Assembly (NCBI RefSeq): GCF_001194135.2
Contig: NC_068992.1
Coordinates: 7,235,479 to 7,299,478 of the forward strand
DNA: 64,000 nt
Origin: Octopus bimaculoides
Lineage: Eukaryota
Direction: 5' to 3'
A model generated the notes under the pieces. It saw only the letters and a list, made by a program, of their open reading frames with translations. It was not told the DNA's origin and made no database searches. Of the stretch, positions 25,578-38,326 are shown piece by piece (positions within the stretch are counted from its first letter, which is position 1; each line of letters starts with the position of its first letter). The translations under genes were made by a program, and so were the position numbers.

Positions 25578-26270
25578 CATCATTGTCTAGTGTAGAGTCT
25601 CCCTCATTGTCTTGCATATATTCTCCTTTGTTCATGACAACTGAGTCTCTCATTGCTTAGTGCAAAGGCACCCTCATTGAAAAGTGTAGTCTCACTCATT
25701 GTTTAGAGGAAAGTCTTCCTAATGCAAAATCTCCCTCATTGTCTAGTGTAAAGGTTTCTCTTATTGTCTAGTTTAGAATCCTCTCATTGTTTAAAGTAAA
25801 GGTTCTCTCATTGTCAAGGATAAAGTTTCCCTCGTTGTTAGATGTAGTCTCCCACATTATCTAGTCTAGAGTCCCCATCATTATCAGGAGTAGAGGCTTC
25901 AGCATTGTCCCATGTGGAGGCTCTCTAATTTTCTCATGCAGAGACTTCTTCAATGTCAAGTGTTAAGTTTTCCTCATTGTCAAGTACACTTTCTTCCTCA
26001 CTGTCAAGTATAGAATCTCCTTGATTGTCAAGTGCAGACACTTGGTCATTGTCTAGTACAGAGTCTCCATCATTGTTTACCGTAGAGCTTCCATTATTGT
26101 CTAATGTAGCAGCAGTTCTCTTTTTGGCTCTAGTGGCAGCCCTTTCCTGACTTTTGTAGATGTTTCCGCAATGCCTAGTGTAGTGTTTCTCTCATTGGCT
26201 CTAGCAAAGGCCACTTCTTGGTTAGTTCAGAAGCTTTTAAATTTGCTTGTGTAGAGTCACCTTTGTTGAC
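25578..26270 (-). repeat. Degenerate 24-bp tandem array (unit cattgtctagtgtagagtctccct) reading as (LDNEGDST)n on the minus strand
   Basis: More than 20 recognisable units. Minus translation gives TLDNNGSSTVNNDGDSVLDNDQVSALDNQGDSILDSEEESVLDNEENLTLDIEEVSA*, then further units with stops and frameshifts. Confidence 0.85.
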
Positions 26271-26945
26271 TTCCTAAACAACTCTTAGATGATCAAGGTG
26301 TAGAAATTTCCATTTCAGTTGGTAAATATAAAAGAAAAATAAATCAATTGCTAAAATGTTTGCTAGACCATATGTAGTTTTAAAAAATAATTGGCAAAAA
26401 GCCATTCCCATTGAATAGAAGAATAACAAAAGTCTAGATGTATACATTTGAAGTTCTCGGAAATAAGCTTTCAGACTTAAAACAGAAAAAGAAGTTTGAA
26501 AATGAGAATAAACTTCCGACTACTTTTGTCAATGATAAAGTGGTTGCCTTGCTGTACGATGCATGTAACAAATGTACTGCAATATGTTAGTTTTGTAGTT
26601 GTTGTTGTGGCTATTTAACCGCAGGTCATCCTTAATAGAGTAGGACCTATAATGAAAGATGTTCCATTTTTTTTAAGGCTTAGTTTATTTAGAACTACTA
26701 TAGCTAATAACTCCTTCCCTTTTCTAAGGAAGTAGGATGTGATAGGAAGGTATTGGTTGTTATTTCTTACATCTTGTGTAGAAAAGCTTGCTCCTCGTCT
26801 TGTATGTCTAGTATATAATTTATAGCTGTCATGGCTTAGCCAGCTGAAAAGGATCTGATGAGCTAGAAGACTGTGTCAAGTTCCAGTGTCTGGTTTGGCA
26901 TGGTTTCTACAGCTGGATGCTCTTGCCTGGAGCCAATTGCCTTAC

Positions 26946-27050
26946 ATAGTGAGGGAGACTCTACACTAGACAATGAGGGAGACTCTACTCTAGACAGTGA
27001 GGAAAATATTACATTATTCAATGAGGAAGTTTCTGCATGGTTAAATGACC
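26946..27050 (+). repeat. Inverted short copy of the 24-bp acidic repeat
   Basis: EGDSTLDNEGDSTLDSEENITLFNEEVSA in ORF 26873-27079, homologous to the ~25935-26030 part of the left array. Confidence 0.8.
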
Positions 27051-28399
27051 TACAAGAATTAAAAGGCAAATTTCTTTAAATTACTGACTAGCATTGTAAA
27101 AACAAACAAAAAAAAATGGAGACACACATTGAGTAGTTAAATGCAACCACTCAAACTAGATAAAGTTTTCAGTATTAACCAAATTTGTACAAGATTCTGA
27201 AGAAATATCTCTGATTAACATTAAAATTTCTCTTGTTCTTTATGTAAAATTGTCTCAGCATTTCAATTCTTATTCAACAATATAACATTTCTTAAAGTTT
27301 GCTGTTTTGGTAAATATAATTCCTATGGCTTTTATGTTTTATCCTTCTCTCATCAGAATGACATGTCACATTTGTCTTGTTTTGATTGAACAATGGACAA
27401 ATTGTCATCTTTCTAAGCTCAATAAATCAAATCACAAATCCAAATACTCTCTAATAAGTTTTCTTCATAGACGTTTTTCATACCAGACTTCTTATAATAA
27501 GGAAGTTAAAATCTTTGCTACTCGTGCTGTTGCTCAGCCCTAAGTCAGACCTCATTGACAAAGTTTATGTCCACAGATATTCCACTCATAACCATCTTAT
27601 CCTTCTTTAGTTTTTGTTTTTTGCTTGCTTTTATTTGTTTTGTTTTGTTTTGTCTTTTCTTTTCTGGGCCTTCTTTTTTTTATATATAAGAACATAGTGC
27701 AATCTAAAGGAAATTTGGCTGCTATTTCTTGTGGATCACTTCTATTTTTATCACTTCATTGCTTTTCAGTATTATTTAGAGATGTATGAGTAGTTATACA
27801 GATTGATTATGGAATTTCAATAATCATCTTAAGATTTTCTGTGGTTGAAATTTCATTCTCTCTCAATTCCCACAAAACAATTCTTTTTAGAATTTTAATT
27901 TCTGTCTCATGATAAAATCCTTGCTTTTTGCCTTCATTACATTTAATCCAAGCTGAATATGTGTAAATCTTTGTTTGCTGACATCATTATGATGGAACAC
28001 AAAGAGCTAAAAATAGCAACCAAATCCCTCTTAAATCACATTTAATCATTGTAAAAAAATAGAAGTACATAGGGATTAAATAGTTCAGTGTACACTGTGT
28101 GGAGAAAAAAATTAAAAACAGCATCATCATAGCCAAACCACAACCGTACAAATAAATTACACCATGTTGAGTATGAAATAAGTAAGTATACTTACTTATT
28201 ACAAACTTCTTAAATTTTTAGTCAATGGTAATCATGTTTAGCACTATTTCTGTTTTTGGAAATCATCAGCATGACATAACCTGAGATATATTAATTAAAA
28301 ATTTTATGAAGCAAGACATTTCTTATAAATGGAAAATAATTACAATCTGAAAGAAATTTATGAAATGTCTTTTTTTTTTTTGTGGAGCAGTGGGCTTTC

Positions 28400-29075
28400 T
28401 TCTTTTTCTTCATACTGCATTCAACCAATCAAAAAGCATAGTCTAGAGAGTTCATTGGTACCCAATAAGAGACAAAAACCTTCCCTCTTCATCATTCTTG
28501 GTCATCAGCTAATTCCAGGTTTTCTACCATCTCACTTCCTGTCCATTTCTTCTTGGTGATTCTCAATCACCCTGTTTGGGGTTTACCTAGAACTCTTTTT
28601 TTCCAAGATTTGTCCAAACATAACCAAATATGCAAGAAGCAGAATATCATGAGGTCATATAACATAACAAACCAACTGGCTCTTCTCCTCGGGGCCAGAA
28701 GACACTTCAACTCTCCCAAAAATTATCGATACTCTGTAAAGTTCAGATATGGCCCTTACTGGAAAATTGCTCTCATTTCTGGGATGGTGCTGCTATACAG
28801 AGACATCATAGTCTATATCCAGAAAGGGTTATCCTACTAACTGACATAAAGTTACTCAAGGACACAATCCATCTTTGGCTCTCACCTCTCTTTGCCTTTT
28901 CTACTGTTACTATAATGGCCTCTGTTTCTTTGAACTGGCTGCATCTATGCCACCTCCCCTCAAGTATTCTTGTATCACTAATCTCTCCTCTTCTCATCAT
29001 CCTTGTTATGCTCAAAGTGCAATCACTATGCCCATCCCTTCCTTCCTAGAGCTTCACCCCCACCCCTGCTGCTAA
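28400..29075 (-). pseudogene. Highly degenerate RTE LINE ORF 3' region
   Basis: Minus-strand fragments: RILEGRW...F...KAKRG...CV...MSVS(GSETW-like)...ELY...LG...RRRASWF..V..., followed by an RGRP-like region. Pattern matches the RTE C-terminus. Confidence 0.55.
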
Positions 29076-29145
29076 AAAAAAAAAGAAAACACTTCATTTT
29101 CCATCTTTTTATAATTTTTCATCATTTTTTATCTTTTCTGTCCAG

Positions 29146-29356
29146 GTGGTATGGCGGAAAACATCAAGTAGACATCCAATCACCGTAGGAACATTTACAT
29201 TTATCAGTGATAAAAGTTATTCTATTCAACGCCAAATTGAAAAAAATGAATGGAACCTTGTAATAAAAAATGTTCAGCCAAAACATGCAGGTCTCTATGA
29301 ATGCCATATATCAAGTAAAGAAAAACAAAAGTTTAATGTATATTTAAATGTTATAG
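29146..29356 (+). CDS. Dpr/ZIG-8-like Ig-superfamily protein, exon encoding the second half of Ig domain 1
   Basis: Long polypyrimidine tract plus tccAG (29145) and G|GTAAGT donor (29357). 211 bp, phase 0->1. Translates VVWRKTSSRHPITVGTFTFISDKSYSIQRQIEKNEWNLVIKNVQPKHAGLYECHISSKEKQKFNVYLNVI, with the Ig Trp, WxLxIxxVxxxxAGxYEC and LNV. Splices in frame to 16976-17100. Confidence 0.95.
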
Positions 29357-29889
29357 GTAAGTAGATGTTCCAATTCTACTTATTTTCATTTAAATTTGTA
29401 ACTATTATTATTATTGTTACTGTTGTTGTTGTTGTTGTTGTTGTTATTAACATTATTGTTATTACCATTATTATTATCATCATCATCATCATTATTATTA
29501 TTATTATTATTGTTGTTGTTGTTGTTTTTTTATATATTGCTGTTATTTCAATTGTGACAAAATATTCATTTTTATACAGTTATATCCTTCAGAATAAGAA
29601 TTTTTTTTAAAAATTTAGATATTACAGATCTAGATGTACTATTATGTATAATAAGTGTATATATATATGTAAATATGTATATTATATATGTACAATATGG
29701 TGTTATTAAGTAAACATGTGCTCACTAAGCCACTGTTAATGAAAGTCTATATGAGGTTGTCACAGTATATATGTACAATGCATATACACATTCATATACA
29801 TAAAGATAAAGATATCTATATACAATTTATTCATATACATGATATATGTATATTATATATCATAATGAATATGTGATATATATATATAT

Positions 29890-29932
<43 letters not shown>

Positions 29933-30180
29933 CACACATAGATATATATATATACATACATACATACATGTGTTTGTGTGTACATAATTATTTTAAATAT
30001 GATGTCATGAGAAATTTGAGAACACACAATAGTGATGTGCAGTGTATATATACTAAAAAAATTAAAATATACTAAAAATGGCTACTTTTACATAACTTAA
30101 GTTCTATATAAATGAAGGCAATTGTGAAATGGATTTTAAGTATAAAATTTTATTCAATTGATGCTTATTCAAGTGAAACA

Positions 30181-30789
30181 CAGATAGATAGATAGATAGA
30201 TAGATACATTTCTTTTATTAGCCACACAGGGCTCAACGAAGATGGGACAAATACAATGTAGAGCTTTTCTTTTTGGGAGGGGGAAGGAAGGAAAAAAAAA
30301 AAAAAAAAANNNNNNNNNNNNNNNNNNNNNNNNNNNNNNNNNNNNNNNNNNNNNNNNNNNNNNNNNNNNNNNNNNNNNNNNNNNNNNNNNNNNNNNNNNN
30401 NNNNNNNNNNNNNNNNNNNNNNNNNNNNNNNNNNNNNNNNNNNNNNNNNNNNNNNNNNNNNNNNNNNNNNNNNNNNNNNNNNNNNNNNNNNNNNNNNNNN
30501 NNNNNNNNNNNNNNNNNNNNNNTTCATAGGGTTATGCTCAAGATGGTTCCGTCGTTCACACGTGCCATCCTTGCTACATTCACCCATTTTTTTTTGAAGC
30601 ATTCACTAGACAAGACTTCCCTTTCTACTCTCAACTTCCTCTTCAGGTGATACTTGAAGAAGTTGATGAGAGATTGCCCAGAGAGGAAAGTCTTTGTCTC
30701 TAGACCTTTCAGATGCGTCCACCATACACATTCTTTCGCCATAGCCACAAGTACGATGAAAATAGCTCTTCCTTCCCGTTTAAAGGAAG
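30181..30789 (-). mobile_element. Tx1/L1-like LINE 3' end, 5'-truncated, interrupted by a gap
   Basis: ORF 30785->30524: FKREGRAIFIVLVAMAKECVWWTHLKGLETKTFLSGQSLINFFKYHLKRKLRVEREVLSSECFKKKWVNVARM...ITL*, resembling Tx1 ORF2 C-termini (AK..IW..R...L..ER...F...W). AATAAA on the minus strand at 30214-30219 precedes a (TATC)n tail. Confidence 0.65.
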
Positions 30790-30795
30790 GATAGC

Positions 30796-30858
<63 letters not shown>

Positions 30859-31724
30859 ATAGTTAGATATGTGTGTGTGTATATATAGATAGATAGGTAG
30901 ATAGATAGATACATACATTTATTTGAAATTGTAGTGCTTAAAAAATTAAAGTGGTAATACCATAAATTGTCCATGCCATTTACTTGTGATAATAAAGATG
31001 ATAGATGAGCAGCAATGAAGGTGAAGATAAAATTAAAAGAGATGACTTGTGAGATCTTGAAGTTATGATGTTTACTGGTCCTTGCCTCTTCACTCATTGA
31101 CATTTGAGGTGACTAAAGATGGTCTGAGATTACATGTAGATCATTCATATCTACAGGCATGACAGCTGCAGCAGGGATAGGATTAGTTAGCTTGCAGAAT
31201 GAGTTAAAAACAAGTGGACATTTTTCATAATATGCATATAACCAGTAGAAATTAGTATAGTAGGGCTCAAAGAAGAGTATCTGTTTTAGCCAGTTGTCCA
31301 AGTTAACCAATGCTAGGCATTGATATTGTATACAAATACAATATTGGAAATATAATCAATGTATGCTTAGTATAATACATAGAAAACAAGACTATGGAAA
31401 ACATTAAGTAATTATATAACTATAATTATATATGAAATATAAATAGATATTTAAAGGAATTATTTAAAATTACTGGACATAAAAGATTAAAAAGTTGATA
31501 CCATATATTGTTAATTCAATTTACCATTGTTGTGGAGGTGGGGGTACACTTAGAGGTTATAAATTACCATTATCAGTTAGTAGGACTAGGATACAGCAGT
31601 GGTTCTTATTTCTCACTCATAGACATTTGAATGGAATAGGCACTGAATCAACAGTATGTGGATCATCAATATCTAACTGTGTGGAGGAGGGAGGCAGTGA
31701 CAGTGTGTGTCTGTTCCTACATAT

Positions 31725-31778
<54 letters not shown>

Positions 31779-31854
31779 CTTTTCCATAGCAGAAGTTTTA
31801 AGGGCCCCTGCCAGTACAACCCAGTTTTATCTCTATTATATACTTGGATCATTA

Positions 31855-32137
31855 AGAGGTAGGCCCAGGAAGACCTGGGCTGAGGTGGTGAGGCAAGACC
31901 TTCGAACATTGCGCCTCATTGAGGCGATGACTTCTGACTGAGACCTTTGGAAATATGCTGTGCGTGAGAAGACCCAGCAAGCCAAGTGAGACCTAAATCC
32001 AAGGCCTCTGCCAGGGGTGTAGCCAGCCCACTTATGCGTACCTTTTCCTACATTGGATACTAAACTCTGCTTGCGAAGACTTGTTGAGGCAAGTGAAATC
32101 GAACTAAATTTGACGACTGGCACCCGTGCCAACGTCG
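31855..32137 (+). mobile_element. RTE LINE ORF C-terminus plus start of 3' UTR
   Basis: RGRPRKTWAEVVRQDLRTLRLIEAMTSD*DLWKYAVREKTQQAK*, the typical RTE end with one premature stop. The 3' UTR runs into a gap. Confidence 0.9.
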
Positions 32138-32769
32138 NNNNNNNNNNNNNNNNNNNNNNNNNNNNNNNNNNNNNNNNNNNNNNNNNNNNNNNNNNNNNNN
32201 NNNNNNNNNNNNNNNNNNNNNNNNNNNNNNNNNNNNNNNNNNNNNNNNNNNNNNNNNNNNNNNNNNNNNNNNNNNNNNNNNNNNNNNNNNNNNNNNNNNN
32301 NNNNNNNNNNNNNNNNNNNNNNNNNNNNNNNNNNNNNNNNNNNNNNNNNNNNNNNNNNNNNNNNNNNNNNNNNNNNNNNNNNNNNNNNNNNNNNNNNNNN
32401 NNNNNNNNNNNNNNNNNNNNNNNNNNNNNNNNNNNNNNNNNNNNNNNNNNNNNNNNNNNNNNNNNNNNNNNNNNNNNNNNNNNNNNNNNNNNNNNNNNNN
32501 NNNNNNNNNNNNNNNNNNNNNNNNNNNNNNNNNNNNNNNTATATATATATATATATGAAGTTTTTCAAAAGGAAAACAAACATTTTTAAAATGCAAATTT
32601 ATTGATTTGCATACAACTTAATTAGACTTATCTCCTTCACCATAGTCCCATCTGTTATTTTTCCAGTTTTGCAACACCAGCTGTAACATATTTTCAAGTT
32701 AATGTGTTGCAGTTCTCATGATGAATCTTTCTTTGTTCTTTTCTGTTATCAGAAATCAGTAACCTTTCA

Positions 32770-33870
32770 ATGTTCAAAAAAATAAATAAAATTGAAATTC
32801 TGCAGAAACCAAATCTAGAGAGTAGATATGGCTGCGAAATAAAGAATCATCCCAAGCTTTGCTAAAATGTCTTGGATAAGGAGTGATGTGTAAGTTGCCT
32901 CTTTGTAGTAGTACAGCATCTGGATTTTGTTCGTCCATGCGTGAAACTCATTCCTCCACACTGCCTCTTACAATTACCACTGACATCTAAACATTTTTAT
33001 TGATTAACTGACCATATGGAACAAACTCATGATGAATGACTCCTTTCCAATCAGAAAATGACAAATAACATCACTTTCACACTTGAGCAACTCTAACATG
33101 CTGTTTTGTTCATGGTGATGATGATCTGGGCCACTGTGATAACTGCCTTTTTTTTTTTTTTTTTGCTTCAGTTGAACATCTATACTTCCTCAACTGTAAT
33201 GATACTTTTCATTAAGTTATTCTCAACACTGAATTGATCAAACAGATCCTGACAATGACTTGGCATTTTTTTTTTTTTTTTTGTTCATATATCGAAAGAT
33301 GTGGTACAAATTTTGCAGCAATAGGGTGCACCTTAATTTTTTTCATATCATGGGGCACAGTTTTTCAGATGCTTACTTTTTGGGAAATGTCAAAGACAGC
33401 CAAGAGATGATTTTCACAGATCACAAAATATGATTATTCACTGTTGTCATAGAAGGTCGTCTACATTTGGGATTGTCTTCAGTGGATCTTCTATATTTGA
33501 AACATTGGCAATCCAAATGACATTGCATACACACCACATACACCTTTCCCATAGACCTGTTGCAACATAAGGAAAGTAACTTTAAAAGCTTTTTTTTGCT
33601 ATTTGAAATCGAATTTCACAGAAAGCTAATTGTTCTTCCAAATTCTTTGTTGTTCAATCTGTTGCAACAAATTGCCAACTGCATTAAACATACAATCACT
33701 CTAGACCTTGCAAATCAATGATCAATAACTGATAGCCATGGCGTCATGTGGTTATTATTAGACTAGAGGTCAGCTTCACCTATGCAGAGTTTTACTGTTG
33801 CAAGTATGCTGCACCAGATGGTTGATAAACTGTTTGAAATAGTTCAATTTCTTTTTGAACAAACTTGTGT
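32770..33870 (-). pseudogene. Near full-length decayed mariner transposon
   Basis: Minus-strand remnants: EQ..SVKF.FK...LMLQQVYG...EDNPKCRRPS...AAKFVP...SSVKVML.VIF..KGVIHHEFVPYGQ..NQ...RPK(PD)...HH..P. Degenerate TIR-like gttcaaaaa...aaattgaa occurs at both ends. Confidence 0.75.
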
Positions 33871-34272
33871 GCAGGTGTGGGGGAGGTTCAGGTGTGTGTG
33901 AGCAGGTGTGAAGATTGAAGGATTAAGAAATTTGCTTCCTAATTATGAGGTACCAGATTCAAACTTACTGCACGGCTTCGTGGATAGATATCTTGTGGCA
34001 TAGTCTTTGTTCAACTGAAGTGTTGAGAATGAAATTAGATAAGCAGAAACTATGTGGAATTCCATCAAATGAAGTGGAATTCCATCAAATGAAAGGTCTG
34101 GCCTTGTTATAATGTTAAGGGTACACACATCTATGGAATACTCAGCCACTTACACCATGATTCAATGAGTAAGAAGTCCTATCCATCAAATAACTGGAAT
34201 ACTCATCGTCAAAATTGCTGGAAGATGCATTTATTAACAATTTATGATATTGGCACAATCATGCCTATTAGA

Positions 34273-34445
34273 CGCAGTTGTGGCTGTGTGGTAAGAAGCT
34301 TGCTATCCAACTATCATGGTTCTGGGTTCAGTCCCATTGCATGGCGCCTTAGGCAAGTGTCTTTCACTATAGCCTCGGGCTGACCAAAGCCTTGTGATTG
34401 GATTTGATAGACAGAAACTAAAAGAAACCTGTCGTATGTGTGTAT
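34273..34445 (+). mobile_element. tRNA-head SINE family A, 5' half
   Basis: gcagttgtggctgtgtggtaagaagcttgc...gggttcagtcccattgcatggcgccttaggcaagtgtc...ccaaagccttgtg. Confidence 0.85.
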
Positions 34446-35970
34446 ATATATATAATAATAATATTAGGGATAAAAATTCAAATTTACAGGTAAAAACTCA
34501 ATTAAATTCAATTTATTAAAAATCAAAATTAAATTAAGTTTCACAGTATAAAATGTATATATATATATATATATATATAGTTTTAGGGAAAAGAACCAAG
34601 GTTCATGAACTCATCGATGAAAATGGCACTGTGCACCCTCGCTTCAAATCCTACCTTATAACTAAAAAAATCATGACATTTTTATCAGGAGTTGCAAAGG
34701 ACAGATAGTGTCAGCATTTTGAAAAGGCAATGAAACTATAGTCGTCTTAGTTTGAACAAAAGGCTGAATGCCACAATGCACACACACACACATATATAAT
34801 ACAAAGATAAATACACACACACACATATATATACATACATACACAAACACATCTCTCTTCTCACTTTTTGTATATGTATATATATATTTTGATATATATA
34901 TTACATATAGTTATGTATTTGACTATCTTTGTTTGAGTGTGTATATATAAATGTTTAACAAGTGTATATATAGATATATTCCTGCATGGGTTTGATATAT
35001 ATATTTGAATTTGAATATTCATATGTATGTATACATACACATAAAATAAGTATGTTTATGATAGTATATGATTTTATATACAAGGAAATATATGTTCAAG
35101 TCTTTGTGTGAATATATGTATATGTATTTATAAAGATATATATTGATGTATTTTTATCATATATGTACCTGGGTATATGTGTGTGCATCTTATATATATA
35201 TTTAAACAGGAATGTAGAAATACATTACAAAGGATATATCATAAACAATTAGTAATTATTTATGAATATATCAATGGCCAAACATGTAATAATAAATTAC
35301 ATAAAAGAAGAATGTTTATGATTATGAATAAATCAGAATTATAATGGAGAGGGTTGCAAAAACCCTTACATCTTTAGAAATAGCAGTCAAAGCTGGAATT
35401 CAGAATTTGAATGTGTAGATAGAGGTTGATACATTATTCTTGCCAGTTGGGATACATGTAAGCCCCAAGCTATGATTTTGTATAAATTTGTATCTATAGG
35501 AATATTCTCCTGGTGAGAAGAATGGAACTGTTATATTGTTTATATATGTTATTCTATAATACAATATGTAATATGGTATAAGTTCCCAACCTCGAAATTG
35601 CAATAGAGAATTAACCTTTTATTTTTAGATTGTGGATCTTATGTCATGTCGCTTGCAGACAGCTTTATTGTGAGGAGATAAAATATGAGTGATAATAGTA
35701 GCTTTATAGTGGTTTTTGGCTGCTATTTCTAAATATGTAAGGGTTTTTGCACCCTTTCCATTATAATTGATATATTCATAATTATAAACACTCTTCTTAT
35801 ATATATATATATATATATAAATAAGTAATAGAAAGGTACAGATGTCAATCGGCTGGTACTTATGTACCAAGTTTGATATTTTATTAATATTGTTGTGCGT
35901 GTATATTATTCCGACCTAGTGAGGTGCCTCAATTTAAGTACTCAATTCAACTGAATCTTAATTGTATATA

Positions 35971-36837
35971 CGGGATGCAGTGAATATATTGTCTAAATTA
36001 AGCAGAAATGAAAATAACACTGTCATCTCATTTTAACAGATATATTTACCAAAATTACATAAAAATATCTTGAAATACTAAAGAGTAAATTTATTCAATA
36101 AAACCGTCATTGGTTTCAACCACGGCTTCCAGACGACTTCAGAATCTCCTGCAACTCTTCTGGATGGTCTCCTTGTTTAAGTTGGTAAATGCTGCCATAA
36201 TCCTTGCCTTCAGTTCATCTTTGGTGTTACAAGGAGTTTTGTTGATCTCACACTCAACTGTGCCCCACATATAATAATCAAGGGGGTTGCAGTTTGGGGA
36301 GTTAGGTGGCCAGTTGTTAGGGGTGATGTGGTGACAGAAATTGTCTGACAGCCATGACTGGGTTCTCCTGCTTGTGTGGAATGGTGCAGAGTCCTGTTGC
36401 CAGACATAGGGTCTTTCAGCAGCCACCCTCTTGACCCAGGGCAGCACTACCTCCTCCAGGAACTTAATATAAGCCTGAAGCCATGTCAGAAGATGAATGG
36501 AGCCAAAACGTTGCCATCACTAGTGATCACTCCAAACACCATGATGTTGACTGGATGTTTGATTTTTATCACTCTCAATACATATTTTGGGGAAACAGCA
36601 AGCCAATGGTTATTCTGTGTGCTCACCATTTGTTCATATTGGAGCTTCTGGTATGAACACCAAGCAGTACAGCATTTTTTTTCCAAATTTCTGGTTAAGT
36701 GAATTGCATCATACTGCTGTTTTTCTCACACACGATGCCCAACTGACCCTACTATATTGTGTAGTCAACAAAAACAAAGAATGCACATGCGCAAAATTAA
36801 GAATATAAAATGGTGACAATTTACCCATCACACCCTG
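35971..36837 (-). mobile_element. maT (DD37D) Tc1/mariner-superfamily transposon, internally deleted and decayed
   Basis: QNNHWLA...KHPVNIMVFGVITSDG...LPWVKRVAAERPYVWQQDSAP...WPPNSPNCNPLDY, with 37 residues counted between the QQD and NPLD aspartates. TA-flanked 23-bp TIRs match 15/23 (cgggatgcagtgaatatattgtc vs cagggtgtgatgggtaaattgtc). Confidence 0.9.
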
Positions 36838-36871
36838 TATTTATGTGTGTGTATATACATACATACATACA

Positions 36872-36902
<31 letters not shown>

Positions 36903-37735
36903 GTACATAAACACACACACAATATTATTAATATATGTTTCTAATTATATTGTCTTCATAGTTTTTGTTTTACTTTTTCTTTCATCTTGTTTTCTGTTTT
37001 TTTTTTATAATGTCCACCCTCTTTTTTTTCAATTATTTCTGTTTATTATTTTGTATACCTTATCATCACTATTTTCTTGTGATTGTTGTTATACATTCTT
37101 TGATTGATGATGTTTCTGAGGCTAAACACACAGCTGGTTCCTTGTTACTACGATATATTTCTTCTTTTTCAAATTGAACTAATTTTGTTATATTTGATTA
37201 GTGCTTTTGGAGGTGTTTTTTTCTCATACATGCTGATATTTTCACAATTCTTACATTCATACATATGTATGTGCATTCATGTAAATGCGTATATGCAAAT
37301 CTTTTGCCTGTTTGTATGTGTGTGTATATGATTGTATGTGGCTGTGTGTACCAATTATCTGTTTAGTTGGTGTTGGCCAAAATATTATTTTCCTTTGCAA
37401 TTCCTTATGAAACACCTTTGTATTTTGGCTGAAATTTAATTTGTTTTATTTTTGGAGTCAGTTAATTTCTTATATTTACAATGATTTATTTGTTTTCTAT
37501 TATATGAACCTAAAATTCTAGTTTTATGCACGCACAACTCACCCACACTCTACAGCACAAAGCCTTTTGAGTGTTTTTAAATACAGGGAAAATTTACAGT
37601 CTCAACAAAGGAAGGCTGGCTTGGTGAAACGTTAACAAATTTACTTGTGCCAGTAATATGGCACAAGTAAATTTAGTTTTCAATGACACAACTACAACAA
37701 CAACAACAATAATAATAATAATAATAATAATGATA

Positions 37736-37778
<43 letters not shown>

Positions 37779-38263
37779 TTATGATAACAACAACAACAAT
37801 GCTTTATTTCAGATATTCTATATTTGTGCGTGTTTTTTAAATAATGCTTTTGCTATTTGTTCCTGAAGGTAAATCAAGAATGGATGAGCAAGGATTATTT
37901 CATCTTTTGTTGGAGTTTTTTTTTTAATGCTGAAAATATTCATTTATCAAAGTTTTCTTTGTTTAAGCGATTCAGTCCTTTTCTTTCTCTTTTTCTGTTT
38001 CCATTCCTCATTTTTGTAGTGCTCATATCATTGTTTTTATGTGATGTGATTCTGTGTGTGTGTATATGTGTGTGTGTGTGGGCACATGTGTTTGTGTGTG
38101 TGTGTTATGTATATGTTTAACTAGTGTATTTGCAAATGTATGCAAATTTATAAAAATCACTTTCTACTTTACTAAATGCATTTGTTGAGAGAGTCATAGC
38201 CAGGATACAGACATATAAGATACACACACACAAATACATACACACACACACACACACATATAT

Positions 38264-38326
<63 letters not shown>

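Larger units (their letters stand above)
7341..32540. other. Assembly gaps (N runs); span gives first to last gap
   Basis: N runs at 7341-7532, 12352-12361, 14848-15068, 15431-16037, 17840-17849, 22535-22658, 24078-~24614, 30310-30522 and 32138-32540, mostly flanked by microsatellites. Confidence 0.99.

Noticed and set aside
25578-26270. 24-bp array as a CRISPR-like array
   Set aside because: The units are contiguous and degenerate with no unique spacers, and the context is eukaryotic.
26855-26935. CTGATGA motifs at ~26862, ~46122 and ~61986 as hammerheads
   Set aside because: They lie in tail-repeat or SINE sequence, with no correctly spaced GAAA or stems.
33871-33908. Three CAGGTG E-boxes in 40 bp (possible neural enhancer)
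   Set aside because: At least the last one is the start of a decayed family A SINE head (gcaggtgtg...taagaaatttgcttcc), so the clustering is probably repeat-derived.
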